A stretch of 64,000 bases of DNA, from positions 17,299 through 81,298 of the forward strand of contig JACPSQ010000086.1 in assembly GCA_016193195.1 (NCBI GenBank), in the 5' to 3' direction. Under the pieces are notes generated by a model, which saw nothing but the letters and a program-made list of their open reading frames with translations, had not been told where the DNA came from and made no database searches. This document shows, in pieces, positions 30,313 to 39,793 of the stretch; the stretch's first letter is position 1; each line of letters begins with the position of its first letter. A program made the translations under genes and the position numbers. Source of the DNA: Candidatus Omnitrophota bacterium (GTDB lineage: Bacteria > Omnitrophota > Gorgyraeia > Aquiviventales > Aquiviventaceae).

Positions 30313-31245
30313 ATGGCGATGAGAATCGTGGTTATCGGACTTGGCGTCCAAGGGCGCAAGCGCATGGCCGTCGCGAAGGATGAGGTCGTGGCGACCGTTG
30401 ACCCTGTGGTTGAGGAGGCGACCTTCCACGCGATTGAAGAGGTGCCGCTGGACTCATTCGATGCGGCGCTGGTTTGCACACCTGATCACACCAAGGCGGG
30501 CCTCTTGCGGTATCTCCTGTCCCATCGCAAGCATGTCCTGGTCGAGAAGCCGTTGGTGTCCGCTGACGTCGAGACGTTGCGGGAGTTCGAGACACTGGCA
30601 CGCGAGAGCTACGTGGCCTGCTACACGGCCTACAACCATCGGTTTGAGCCGCATATCGTGCGGATGAAGGCGCTTCTCGATGCCGGGACGCTTGGGCCGC
30701 TCTATCTCGTGCGAGGCTTCTACGGCAACGGGACGGCGCGCGATGTCCGGAGCTCCCTCTGGCGAGACCAAGGGCGCGGGGTGTTGTCGGATCTCGGCTC
30801 GCATCTGTTGGACATTGGCTTGTTTCTGTTCGGTGAGATCGATGGCAAGTTTGAGTTATGGAGCGCGAATCGGTTTGAGAATGAGGCCTTTGATCACGTG
30901 CTGTTTGGGGTGACCGGCAGGCCGGTGATGGAGTGGGAGGGAACATTCGTTGCCTGGCGCAATACGTTTACGCTCGATGTGTTCGGCGAACGGGGCAGTG
31001 CGCATATCCATGGGCTCTGCAAGTGGGGCCCAAGCCGCTTCATCCTTCGGCATCGAGTCTTGCCCAGCGGGCGACCCTCAGAACACGTGGACACGTTGGA
31101 GCAAGCCGATCCCACCTGGGCCTTGGAATATGCCTATTTCAAGCAATTGTGCCGAAGCGGAGGGACCAACCTGGAGAACGATATCTGGATTGCGGCGGTG
31201 TTGCACGGACTGGATCGTGCGATCGGACACGAGGTGCCGGCATGA
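30313..31245 (+). CDS. Gfo/Idh/MocA-family oxidoreductase
   Basis: 'IGLGVQG', 'HVLVEKP', 'YNHRFEP', 'GVLSDLGSHLLD'. Confidence 0.85.
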   Translation: MAMRIVVIGLGVQGRKRMAVAKDEVVATVDPVVEEATFHAIEEVPLDSFDAALVCTPDHTKAGLLRYLLSHRKHVLVEKPLVSADVETLREFETLARESYVACYTAYNHRFEPHIVRMKALLDAGTLGPLYLVRGFYGNGTARDVRSSLWRDQGRGVLSDLGSHLLDIGLFLFGEIDGKFELWSANRFENEAFDHVLFGVTGRPVMEWEGTFVAWRNTFTLDVFGERGSAHIHGLCKWGPSRFILRHRVLPSGRPSEHVDTLEQADPTWALEYAYFKQLCRSGGTNLENDIWIAAVLHGLDRAIGHEVPA

Positions 31246-32543
31246 TCGGATTTGCCGGGCTCTCGCACCTGGGGATTGTTTCCAGCATCGTCGCCGCCTC
31301 AAAAGGCCATGACGTCGTCGCCTTTGATCCTGACGTCACGCGATGTGAAGCGCTTCGGCGAGGGCAGTTGCCGGTGGTGGAGCCTGGTCTCCAGGAGTTG
31401 CTGGCATCCGCCCGACCACGGATTCGGTTTACCAGCGATCCTCAAGCCCTTGCCGCATGCGCCGTGGTGATCTGTGCGGAGGATGTGCCCACGAGCGTGG
31501 ACAACACAAGCGAGTTTGGGCCCATCAACCGGCTGTTAGATACCGTCGAACAACAAGCCGCTCCAGGAATGAGCGTGGTCGTGCTGAGCCAGGTGCCGCC
31601 TGGATTCACCAGACAGTTGGCACGGAGATGGGCTGATCGGCGTCTGGAGGTGTTCTATCAGGCCGAGACCTTGATTTTCGGTCAGGCTGTGGAGCGGGCG
31701 CTCTCTCCGGAGCGGATGATTGTCGGCTGCGCAAGACCGCAACAGGCGCTTCCGGAGGCGTATGCGAACCTGCTGGCCAGTTTCAGCTGCCCGATTCTGC
31801 CGATGCGCTATGAAAGCGCTGAACTGGCCAAGATTGCCATCAACATGTTTCTCGTCTCGTCGGTCTCGACTACGAACATACTGGCGGAGTTGTGCGAGGC
31901 GATTGGGGCGGATTGGTCGGAGATCATCCCCGCGCTGCGATTGGATGCGCGCATCGGGCCGCGGGCCTATGTCACTCCGGGGCTTGGTCTGTCGGGAGGC
32001 AATCTCGAACGGGACCTCTCGACTTTCAGTCGCTTGGCTCAGGCGGCCGGAACAGATGCCCGGATGGTCGAGGCCTGGTTGGTCAATAGCGCGCACCGAC
32101 AGGGCTGGGTGTTGACGACGCTCGCCCGCGAGGTCTTGTCCTGTCAGACGGATCCCATGATTGCGGTCTGGGGCCTGGCCTATAAACCGCATACCCACTC
32201 CACGAAAAACTCCCCGGCACTGGCGTTGTTGGAAACCTTATCCGGCTCCGGCATCCGGGTGCAGGCCTACGATCCGGCCATCCGGCTCACGCGTCCAGAC
32301 TGGCCTCGGTTCACCCAGGTGTCCACGCCGCTGGAGGCATGTGGGGAAGCGGACGCCTTGGCGATTCTGACGTCTTGGCCGGAGTTTGCATCGGTGGATC
32401 TGACACGCGTCGCTCGGATCATGAGAGGCCGTCTGGTCATTGATCCATTGGGGATGCTGGACCCGGCAGGCTGTCAGGAGACCGGCCTGCGGCAGCGGCG
32501 CCTGGGAGTGCCGACATTGACGGAGGACCCCGTCCTATGCTGA
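31242..32543 (+). CDS. UDP-glucose/GDP-mannose dehydrogenase-family protein lacking the catalytic Cys
   Basis: 'GLSHLG', 'DVPT', 'SQVPPG', 'ESAELAKIAIN', 'DARIG', 'GLAYK', 'AYDP'. The canonical GGxC site reads 'GLSGGNLERD'. Confidence 0.8.
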   Translation: MIGFAGLSHLGIVSSIVAASKGHDVVAFDPDVTRCEALRRGQLPVVEPGLQELLASARPRIRFTSDPQALAACAVVICAEDVPTSVDNTSEFGPINRLLDTVEQQAAPGMSVVVLSQVPPGFTRQLARRWADRRLEVFYQAETLIFGQAVERALSPERMIVGCARPQQALPEAYANLLASFSCPILPMRYESAELAKIAINMFLVSSVSTTNILAELCEAIGADWSEIIPALRLDARIGPRAYVTPGLGLSGGNLERDLSTFSRLAQAAGTDARMVEAWLVNSAHRQGWVLTTLAREVLSCQTDPMIAVWGLAYKPHTHSTKNSPALALLETLSGSGIRVQAYDPAIRLTRPDWPRFTQVSTPLEACGEADALAILTSWPEFASVDLTRVARIMRGRLVIDPLGMLDPAGCQETGLRQRRLGVPTLTEDPVLC

Positions 32544-33454
32544 CCCACGCGTCGGAGGCGCCAAGCAGGCCGCGTCGAGTCGTGGTGCTTGGGGCGTCAG
32601 GGTTCGTCGGGGCGGACCTGATCGAGCATTTGCGAGGGCATGAGGTGCCGACACTGCCGCTGTCTTCCGCTGACGTGGATCTTCGCCAGGCTGAATCGGT
32701 GGAGCGGTTGGTACAGCTCGTCGACGAGGGGGACAGCCTCGTCATCGTGTCAGCCCTGACGCCTGACAAAGGCAAGGATGTCAAGACCTTCATGGCCAAT
32801 CTGACCATGGGAGCCCATGTGAGCGCGTTCCTCAGTCGCGTCCGGCTGGCCCAGGTGGTCTATGTCAGCTCCGACAGCGTGTATGATGATCAGGCCTCGC
32901 TCATCGACGAGACCACGCGGTGTGCTCCACAGACCTTCCACGGCCTCATGCATCTGGCTCGAGAGCGCATGGTGACTTCGGCCCTCCAGCCGTTGAAGAC
33001 GCCGTTGCTGATTATCCGCCCATCCCTGTTGTATGGGGCCCGTGATTCCCACAACGGCTACGGGCCGAATCGATTTCTGCGCTCAGCCAGGGAAGAGGCG
33101 CGCATTGAGCTGTTTGGCCAGGGTGAGGAAACGCGCGACCACGTCTATATCAAGGACTTGAGCCGATTGATCGGCCTCGGGTTGCTGCATGGGAGCCAGG
33201 GCGTGCTCAATGTCGCGACTGGACAGTCTGTGTCCTTCCGGAAAGTGGCTGAGCTGGTGGCCTCCATGGCTGACCACCCGGTTTGGATCGAGTGCCGACC
33301 ACGGACAGGCCCGATCAGCCATCGGCATTTTGATATCAAGACCCTCCTCAGCCGATTTCCGACGTTCCGCCTGACCCCGTTGCAGGAAGGCCTGGCCGAC
33401 ACGCTGCGGCAGATGAAGGCTTCTGCTGAAAAAACCATGCCGATCGCGGTCTGA
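32537..33454 (+). CDS. Atypical extended SDR (epimerase/dehydratase fold)
   Basis: 'LGASGFVG', 'SSDSVY', 'LYG', 'GEETRDHVYIKD'. The YxxxK position reads 'HGLMH'. Confidence 0.75.
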   Translation: MLTHASEAPSRPRRVVVLGASGFVGADLIEHLRGHEVPTLPLSSADVDLRQAESVERLVQLVDEGDSLVIVSALTPDKGKDVKTFMANLTMGAHVSAFLSRVRLAQVVYVSSDSVYDDQASLIDETTRCAPQTFHGLMHLARERMVTSALQPLKTPLLIIRPSLLYGARDSHNGYGPNRFLRSAREEARIELFGQGEETRDHVYIKDLSRLIGLGLLHGSQGVLNVATGQSVSFRKVAELVASMADHPVWIECRPRTGPISHRHFDIKTLLSRFPTFRLTPLQEGLADTLRQMKASAEKTMPIAV

Positions 33455-33457
33455 ACG

Positions 33458-34312
33458 ATGAGCACGACGCCACCAGAAGTTATGGCCGTTCCCCAGGCCG
33501 CCAGACGATTCGATGTGGAGGACTCGAAGCACCGGTGTGTTCGGTTCCGGAAACGCATCCTTGAAATCTCCCAGACCGTGACGGCATTGCACATCGGCGG
33601 GTCGTTTTCCTGCTTGGAGATGCTCGACACGATCTATTTCGGCCTGATGCGTCGAGACGGCCCCTCGCCTGATACGTTCATCCTGTCCAAGGGGCATGGA
33701 TCGATGGCGCAGTATGTGGTGTTGGAAGAGCTCGGGATCCTCTCGCGAGCAGACCTGGCGTTGTACTCTAAACCCGGCGGACGGATCGCCACCCATCCTG
33801 ACTATGGGACCCCGGGGATCGAAGCCTCGACCGGCTCACTTGGCCATGGCCTCGGGATGGCGCTCGGGATGGCCTTGGCGGATAAGGTCGCCGGCATCGA
33901 CCGTCATGTGTACGTGGTGATGAGCGATGGGGAAATGCAAGAAGGGTCAGTCTGGGAAGCCATGATGCTGGCGCCATCGCTGAAGCTCACCAACCTCATC
34001 GCCTTTCTCGATCTCAATGATTTTCAGTCTCTCGGCCAGACGAGCAAGATCCTTCCCAACTTTTATCCCGTGCGCGACAAGGTGACCGCCTTTGGGTGGG
34101 AGGCGGCTGAGGTGAATGGGCATGATGCCCAGGCGGTCTATCAGGCTGTCCAAGCTCGGAAAGGGTCGGTGCCCTTTCTGCTGATTGGACGAACCGTCAA
34201 GGGCAAGGGCGTCAGTTACATGGAACACGTTCCCATGTGGCACTACCGCTCTCCCTCGCCTGAGGAATATCAGCGGGCCCTGCAGGAATTGGATGGTGGT
34301 GAACTACGATGA
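33458..34312 (+). CDS. Transketolase N-terminal subunit, copy 2
   Basis: 'HIGGSFS', 'LSKGHG', 'STGSLGHG', 'SDGEMQEG...DLN', 'TVKGKG'. Confidence 0.9.
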   Translation: MSTTPPEVMAVPQAARRFDVEDSKHRCVRFRKRILEISQTVTALHIGGSFSCLEMLDTIYFGLMRRDGPSPDTFILSKGHGSMAQYVVLEELGILSRADLALYSKPGGRIATHPDYGTPGIEASTGSLGHGLGMALGMALADKVAGIDRHVYVVMSDGEMQEGSVWEAMMLAPSLKLTNLIAFLDLNDFQSLGQTSKILPNFYPVRDKVTAFGWEAAEVNGHDAQAVYQAVQARKGSVPFLLIGRTVKGKGVSYMEHVPMWHYRSPSPEEYQRALQELDGGELR

Positions 34313-35223
34313 GGGACGCGTTTGCGCGGGCGCTCTATCAGTTCGCCAAGCAGGATCCGAGGATCTTCATCATCGTCGCGGACATCTCTCCGGCCGGGAG
34401 CATGGCCCAGTTTCGGACGGAATTTCCAGAGCGCTTCGTCAACGTGGGCGTGGCGGAACAAAGCATGATCGGGATGTGCGCCGGACTGGCCATGCGGGGA
34501 TGCCGCCCGTTTGCCTACACGATCGCGACGTTTTCCATCTATCGGCCGTTCGAGTATGTGAGGGATGACCTCTGCTACCAGAACCTTCCGGTGACGGTGG
34601 TGGGCATCGGCGGCGGGGTGGCCTATTCGACGCTTGGGGGGACTCACCATGCGCAGGAAGACATTGCCATGATGTCGGCGTTGCCCAATATGTCGATCGT
34701 GGCCCCGTGCGATCCTCGAGAGACCGAAGCCGCTGTCGGGGCATGTGTTCGCCACGGTGGGCCGGTCTACCTGCGGTTGGGCAAGGCCGGTGAGCCCGAC
34801 CTGACGGCCAACGCCCTGGAGCCATTTCAATTCGGGAAACTTCGTCTCCTGAAGGAAGGGTCGGACGTCTGCCTCCTATCCTATGGGCCCATGACGGCTC
34901 TGGCGTTTGAGGTGGCTGCTCGCCTTGAAGCTGAGGGGTGTTCGGTTGCGGTGATGACCTGCCCCACACTCAAGCCGTTAGATACGGAGGGCCTCGTGCG
35001 GGTGCTGCGCCGATTCCACACTGTCGTCGTGGTCGAAGAGCATTCTGAACGCGGCGGCCTGGCTGTCCAAGTGAAGGCGCTGGCATGGGAGTCTGGGGCG
35101 AGCTGTCGCCTGGAGACCTTCAGCTTGAAGGATGCCTTCATCCATTTCTTCGGGACTCAACGCCAGATGTGGGGGGAGCATGGCCTCACCGCGGATGCCA
35201 TTTACACAAGGATTCGGGCATGA
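34309..35223 (+). CDS. Transketolase C-terminal subunit, copy 2
   Basis: 'NVGVAEQ', 'RPFEYVRDD', 'GGTHHAQED', 'YLRL', 'VEEHSERGGL'. Confidence 0.9.
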   Translation: MRDAFARALYQFAKQDPRIFIIVADISPAGSMAQFRTEFPERFVNVGVAEQSMIGMCAGLAMRGCRPFAYTIATFSIYRPFEYVRDDLCYQNLPVTVVGIGGGVAYSTLGGTHHAQEDIAMMSALPNMSIVAPCDPRETEAAVGACVRHGGPVYLRLGKAGEPDLTANALEPFQFGKLRLLKEGSDVCLLSYGPMTALAFEVAARLEAEGCSVAVMTCPTLKPLDTEGLVRVLRRFHTVVVVEEHSERGGLAVQVKALAWESGASCRLETFSLKDAFIHFFGTQRQMWGEHGLTADAIYTRIRA

Positions 35224-36188
35224 GGATGCCAGCGGAGCCAGTCATGCTGACACCTGAGCGCACTGGTCACGTCAACCGTCAGTTGCCGCAGGTCGCGGGT
35301 AACACCGCGGACTCGTCGATGGCGGCTCAGAACCTGATCCTCGTGGGCAAGCGCAGCTATATTGGGGGATATTTGGCGCGGTTCGCTGAAGCGAGGGGGG
35401 CGCGAGTGACCGCCCTGTCGTCTGACGATTGCAACTTTCTGCAGTGGCACGAGGTCGAACGGTTCTTCCGTTCCTTGGCAGAGGACCCCTACACGATCGT
35501 CTTTTTAGCGGTGGTGAACAAGCCCATCGCGACATCATACCAGTCCTTTCTCGAGAACACGCGGATCGTCAAACATCTCATCGATGGCCACACGCTCGCG
35601 CCTGTGAACGCCATCGTGTATTTCAGCTCCATGGACGTGTATGGGAGGCATCCTCGGCTTCCGATCACCGAGGAATCGCCTCTGGAGCCTGATACATGGT
35701 ATGCGCTGGCGAGACAGGTCTCGGAGTGGATGCTGCACTCTTCTGGGGAAGTCCGCTGCCCGGTCACGATCATCCGTGTCACCGCCGCCTATGGTCCTGC
35801 CCCCAATGACCCCAGCGTCATTGGCCGGATGGTGAGAGGCATCCAGGAGCAGGGGCAGGTGGTCATTCACGGATCCGGGACAACACGACGGGATTACGTC
35901 TATGTTGGGGATCTCTGTCGGCTGGTCGAGGCGGCCATCCCGTTGCGGTACAACGGCGTCTTGAATACCGCCACAGGCACATGTCGGAGCATCAACGAAA
36001 TTGCCCAGATGGTCGGACGGGTCTTGGAACGGCCGTTTGAGATCGTGCATGAGGCGGTCAATCCGGCCCGGGAATTTGACGCGGTCTTTGATATCACGAA
36101 ATTGCGAACGCTCTTACCGTCGTTCCAATTCAGCGAGATGGAGGTCGGAGTGCGCAGTTATCTCACAGAAGGTGGACGTATACGATGA
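35220..36188 (+). CDS. Atypical extended SDR (epimerase/dehydratase fold)
   Basis: 'GKRSYIG', 'FSSMDVYG', 'WYALAR' (K replaced by R), 'GSGTTRRDYVYVGD'. The start is uncertain among several ATGs. Confidence 0.72.
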   Translation: MRMPAEPVMLTPERTGHVNRQLPQVAGNTADSSMAAQNLILVGKRSYIGGYLARFAEARGARVTALSSDDCNFLQWHEVERFFRSLAEDPYTIVFLAVVNKPIATSYQSFLENTRIVKHLIDGHTLAPVNAIVYFSSMDVYGRHPRLPITEESPLEPDTWYALARQVSEWMLHSSGEVRCPVTIIRVTAAYGPAPNDPSVIGRMVRGIQEQGQVVIHGSGTTRRDYVYVGDLCRLVEAAIPLRYNGVLNTATGTCRSINEIAQMVGRVLERPFEIVHEAVNPAREFDAVFDITKLRTLLPSFQFSEMEVGVRSYLTEGGRIR

Positions 36189-37309
36189 CGACCGTTCTCG
36201 TCATCGGCGGGGGATTCGCCGGCTGCTGCGCGGCACACCTGTTGTCGAAGAAGGGATGGAAGGTCACGTTGGCCGAGACGGCTCCGTTTCTTGGCGGCGG
36301 CTGCAAGACCTTTTTCTACGGCGGCCACCCCTACACCTATGGCCCGCGTCACTTCTTGACACAGGATGAGCGGCTCTTCGATTTCCTCAACCAGTACGTG
36401 CCGATGCGCCGCATTCCGGGTCATGAGTTTTTGACCTACGTCGAGCGGGACCCTGGATTTTATCACTTCCCGATTCATCGAGATGACGTCGCGCTCATGC
36501 CGGACGCTCAACAGGTCGAGCAAGAGCTGGGCCAGCTCAACGGGGTAGAGGGCGCCCACAACCTGGAGGAATACTGGATTCGCTCGGTCGGCCCCACCCT
36601 CTACAGCAAGTTTATCGACGGCTATTCCCGCAAGATGTGGCAGATCTCGTCGAACACCGAGATCGACGACTTTGCCTTTTCGCCCAAGGGGGTGGCGTTG
36701 AAGACCGGGCCGACCAAGGCAGCCTGGACCGAAGCCGTCTCCGCCTATCCGCTGAAGATCAACGGCTATGACGACTATTTCGACATCGCCACCCGCGATA
36801 CCACGGTGTACTTGCGCACCAAAATCGAGGCCTACGACATTGCGCATTCGCGCGTGAAGATCAACGGGGAATGGCACACCTACGATGTCATTGTGAGCAC
36901 GACATCGCCTGAAGTCCTCTTGAACGGCGTCTTCGGGCCGTTGCGCTGGATCGGCCGCGACTTTTTGAAGATCGTGCTGCCGATCGAGCATGCCTTTCCG
37001 GAGCACGTGTACTTTCTGTACTACGCGAATCAGGAGCCGTTTACGAGAATCGTCGAATACAAAAAATTCTACCAGTACCAGGCGCCGACCACGTTGTTGG
37101 GGCTTGAAATCCCGTCCTTCAGCAATAAGCTCTATCCCTACCCAGTCAAGAAAGACCAAGCGATCGCGCAGCGATACTTGGACGCGTTGCCGGAGAACGT
37201 CTTCTCGATTGGACGGGCCGGATCGTACCGCTACATCGATGTCGATGACATCATCGCCCAATGCTTCGAGATGGCAGCCAAGCTGGATATCCCCGTTCCG
37301 CAGGTGTGA
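36185..37309 (+). CDS. glf: FAD-dependent UDP-galactopyranose mutase-like protein
   Basis: 'IGGGFAG', 'LGGGC', 'YGPRHF', 'FTRIVEYK', 'YPYP', 'GRAGSYRYIDVD'. Confidence 0.75.
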   Translation: MTTVLVIGGGFAGCCAAHLLSKKGWKVTLAETAPFLGGGCKTFFYGGHPYTYGPRHFLTQDERLFDFLNQYVPMRRIPGHEFLTYVERDPGFYHFPIHRDDVALMPDAQQVEQELGQLNGVEGAHNLEEYWIRSVGPTLYSKFIDGYSRKMWQISSNTEIDDFAFSPKGVALKTGPTKAAWTEAVSAYPLKINGYDDYFDIATRDTTVYLRTKIEAYDIAHSRVKINGEWHTYDVIVSTTSPEVLLNGVFGPLRWIGRDFLKIVLPIEHAFPEHVYFLYYANQEPFTRIVEYKKFYQYQAPTTLLGLEIPSFSNKLYPYPVKKDQAIAQRYLDALPENVFSIGRAGSYRYIDVDDIIAQCFEMAAKLDIPVPQV

Positions 37310-37319
37310 AAGGAGACCC

Positions 37320-38165
37320 ATGAAGTCGAGTGCGACAGAACCTCTCGTCATTGAGACATTCCTGACGCCTGAGGATCAGGCGTTGGACGAAGAGTTCCTA
37401 CGGCAAGGGTATGTGGTGCGAGACGTCGATCAACCGGACGTCCTCGATGGCATCCGCCACGGCGTCGTGGAGATCGCGTGCGAGCTGCTCGGCATCGACC
37501 TGCCCAAGGATGACGGCGAATTCCTTAACTCCATCCACACCCGCGTCACGGTTCAAAAGCTGAATGAATTCCGGGTGGCCATCTACAACGAGCTCAACAG
37601 CCGCTCCTGGTTCCGGCCAAGCTATTTCGCGCTCGGCAAAAGCACGCTCGAAAGCCTGGTGGGCAACGAGCTGGCGATGCAGAACCGCATTAATCTCTCC
37701 ATCCAGACGCCTCATGACGAAAGCTCGGTGCTTGAAATCCACAGCGATACGTTTGATTCGGAGACGCCGTTCCAGGTCGTCCAGTGGCTGCCGCTGGTGG
37801 ACGTCTATGAGACCAAATCGATGTTTCTCCTCCCACCTGAAGACAACCAGAAGGCGTTTCGGACGCTGAGGCGGCGGTTGGAAGAAGGGGGACCGGTACG
37901 GTTGTTCCAGGAGGTTCAGGATCGACTGGTCTGGCTCCGCGTGCCCTATGGCAAGGTTCTCGTCTTCACTCCCAATCTACTCCACGGCAATACCGTCAAC
38001 CGCGTGCCGGAGACCCGGTGGTCCTTCAATGGGCGGTTCAAAGGATTGTTCACACCGTACGGCGGCCCTGCGAAACACCTGGGCAGCTACTATCTGCCGA
38101 TCACGACGCGCACGGTCAGCCGCGTCGGCATGGCCTACCGGCCGCCGGAGGGCTTCAATGGATGA
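37320..38165 (+). CDS. 2OG-Fe(II) oxygenase, 'sporadic carbohydrate cluster' type
   Basis: AGGAG RBS; 'LVGNELAMQNRINLSIQ', HxD in 'IHSD', distal 'LHGN', 'RWSFNGRFKGLFTPY'. Confidence 0.8.
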   Translation: MKSSATEPLVIETFLTPEDQALDEEFLRQGYVVRDVDQPDVLDGIRHGVVEIACELLGIDLPKDDGEFLNSIHTRVTVQKLNEFRVAIYNELNSRSWFRPSYFALGKSTLESLVGNELAMQNRINLSIQTPHDESSVLEIHSDTFDSETPFQVVQWLPLVDVYETKSMFLLPPEDNQKAFRTLRRRLEEGGPVRLFQEVQDRLVWLRVPYGKVLVFTPNLLHGNTVNRVPETRWSFNGRFKGLFTPYGGPAKHLGSYYLPITTRTVSRVGMAYRPPEGFNG

Positions 38166-38601
38166 GGTCGCGGACGTCTCCCCACGGCGTGGCTATCGCG
38201 GCTACTGCACCAACGCGGAGTTTGGTGGCCACCGGATCCCGGTGCCGGTTCAGAATCTCATGCTTCGGGACTATGCACGGCGCAGGAATCTGTTCTTCAA
38301 ACTTTCCATCAACGAGCTACAGTTTCCCAACTGCTATCTGCAGTTAATGGGTTTGCTGACCCAGCTGCCGACATTGGAAGGTGTCATGATGTGCAGCCTA
38401 TTGATGCTCCCCAAGGATCCTGCCATGCGGCAGACCATTTACCGGGACTTTCTCGCGCACGGCGCCTCGCTGCATTTCGTGATGGAGAACCTGGTGATTC
38501 GCGCCGCCGAAGATATCGAGCAAGTGGAAGAAATCCTGGCGATCCGGAACGCGCTGCCGGCGTGCCCGAGTGCTATTCCGGAGGCCGTGGTGCGCGCATG
38601 A
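38158..38601 (+). CDS. Sporadic carbohydrate cluster protein (LIC12192-like family)
   Basis: 'GYRGY...FGGHRIPVPVQNLMLRDYA...E'; overlaps and follows the 2OG oxygenase, its usual partner. Confidence 0.72.
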   Translation: MDEVADVSPRRGYRGYCTNAEFGGHRIPVPVQNLMLRDYARRRNLFFKLSINELQFPNCYLQLMGLLTQLPTLEGVMMCSLLMLPKDPAMRQTIYRDFLAHGASLHFVMENLVIRAAEDIEQVEEILAIRNALPACPSAIPEAVVRA

Positions 38602-38686
38602 CGTGGTTCGGACTGCATCTGCTGTACGAGAATATTTTTCTCAATGGGAGGAGGGCTTTCTCACTTGCCGTGAGGAGTGACGATTC

Positions 38687-39793
38687 ATGCAGCGGACAAT
38701 GAATCGAAGGGCCAAGAGCATGAAGAGTGTTGCTTCGGAGAGGATCAAGACCGTGTCGTCCCGGAGCCCCGCAACGACCATCGTATTCGACGCGGGAGTC
38801 CGTTATGGCATGCATCCGCGCTGGCGAGAGTTTCGTGGGGAAATGATGTACTACGGCTTCGACCCGGACGTCAATGAAGTCACTCGCTTGAAGCGAGTCA
38901 ATGCCTTGCCCAACATCAGCTTTATCCCGATGGCGTTAGCGGCTCAGTCGGGCGCCAAAACGCTGCGTCTGTACAAGCACAGAGGCTACTCGTCATTCTT
39001 TGAGTTGGATCCTCAGTACGGGAGGGTGGCGCATTACCGCCCTGGCGAGGGCGCGTTGGAGCAGACCGTCGAGGTTGAAGCGACCACCGTGGACGAGTTT
39101 GCAAAGCGGGAACGCGTTGAGGTTGACTTCATGAAAGTCGACGTGGAGGGTGCTGAATTGGACGTGCTGCGCGGCGCCATTGAGCAATTAGGCCGCTCAG
39201 TCAAGGGCGTGCGCATTTCGGTCTGGTTTACTGAAGGGTTCAAAGGTGGAGCCTTGTTTCCCGACGTGCACCGCTTCCTTCTGGAGCACGGATTTTTTCT
39301 GGTCAACCTTGACTATGCAGGACGGGGATATCCGGTTCATCCATGCGTGGGCAACCCGGATCGTCTACAACCGGACCACGACCGATATGGAGTCCTCTCA
39401 GCCTGTGAAGCCGTGTACCTCAAGCAGGGGAACATGTTGGACCAGACATGTCGTACATCGACGGACGCCCGCGGGCTGGCTCATTTGAAGTACGCGTATT
39501 TTTGCTTCCTCAACGATGCGCCGGATGTCGCGTTAAATAGTCTGTTGGATTTCGCTCGTCGGCCGAGCGAGTACTCAGACTCGGTGAAAGCGACGAAGCT
39601 CTATCAGCAGGTGCGGCTGACGACCCTGCGGTATCTCGGTCGATGGCGCACGAATCCGACGGATCATAACTGGAAGCTTGCACAGGATACCGCGCAAGAG
39701 TTGTTCGGGCTCCAGCTTGAGGCGGGACATAAATATTGGGAGTTGGCGCAGGAGCTGGAATGCGCAACGCGGGATGGGTCACCATGCTCTTAA
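38687..39793 (+). CDS. FkbM-family methyltransferase
   Basis: 'FDAGVRYG', 'GFDPD', 'TTVD', 'FMKVDVEGAELDVLRG'. Confidence 0.82.
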   Translation: MQRTMNRRAKSMKSVASERIKTVSSRSPATTIVFDAGVRYGMHPRWREFRGEMMYYGFDPDVNEVTRLKRVNALPNISFIPMALAAQSGAKTLRLYKHRGYSSFFELDPQYGRVAHYRPGEGALEQTVEVEATTVDEFAKRERVEVDFMKVDVEGAELDVLRGAIEQLGRSVKGVRISVWFTEGFKGGALFPDVHRFLLEHGFFLVNLDYAGRGYPVHPCVGNPDRLQPDHDRYGVLSACEAVYLKQGNMLDQTCRTSTDARGLAHLKYAYFCFLNDAPDVALNSLLDFARRPSEYSDSVKATKLYQQVRLTTLRYLGRWRTNPTDHNWKLAQDTAQELFGLQLEAGHKYWELAQELECATRDGSPCS

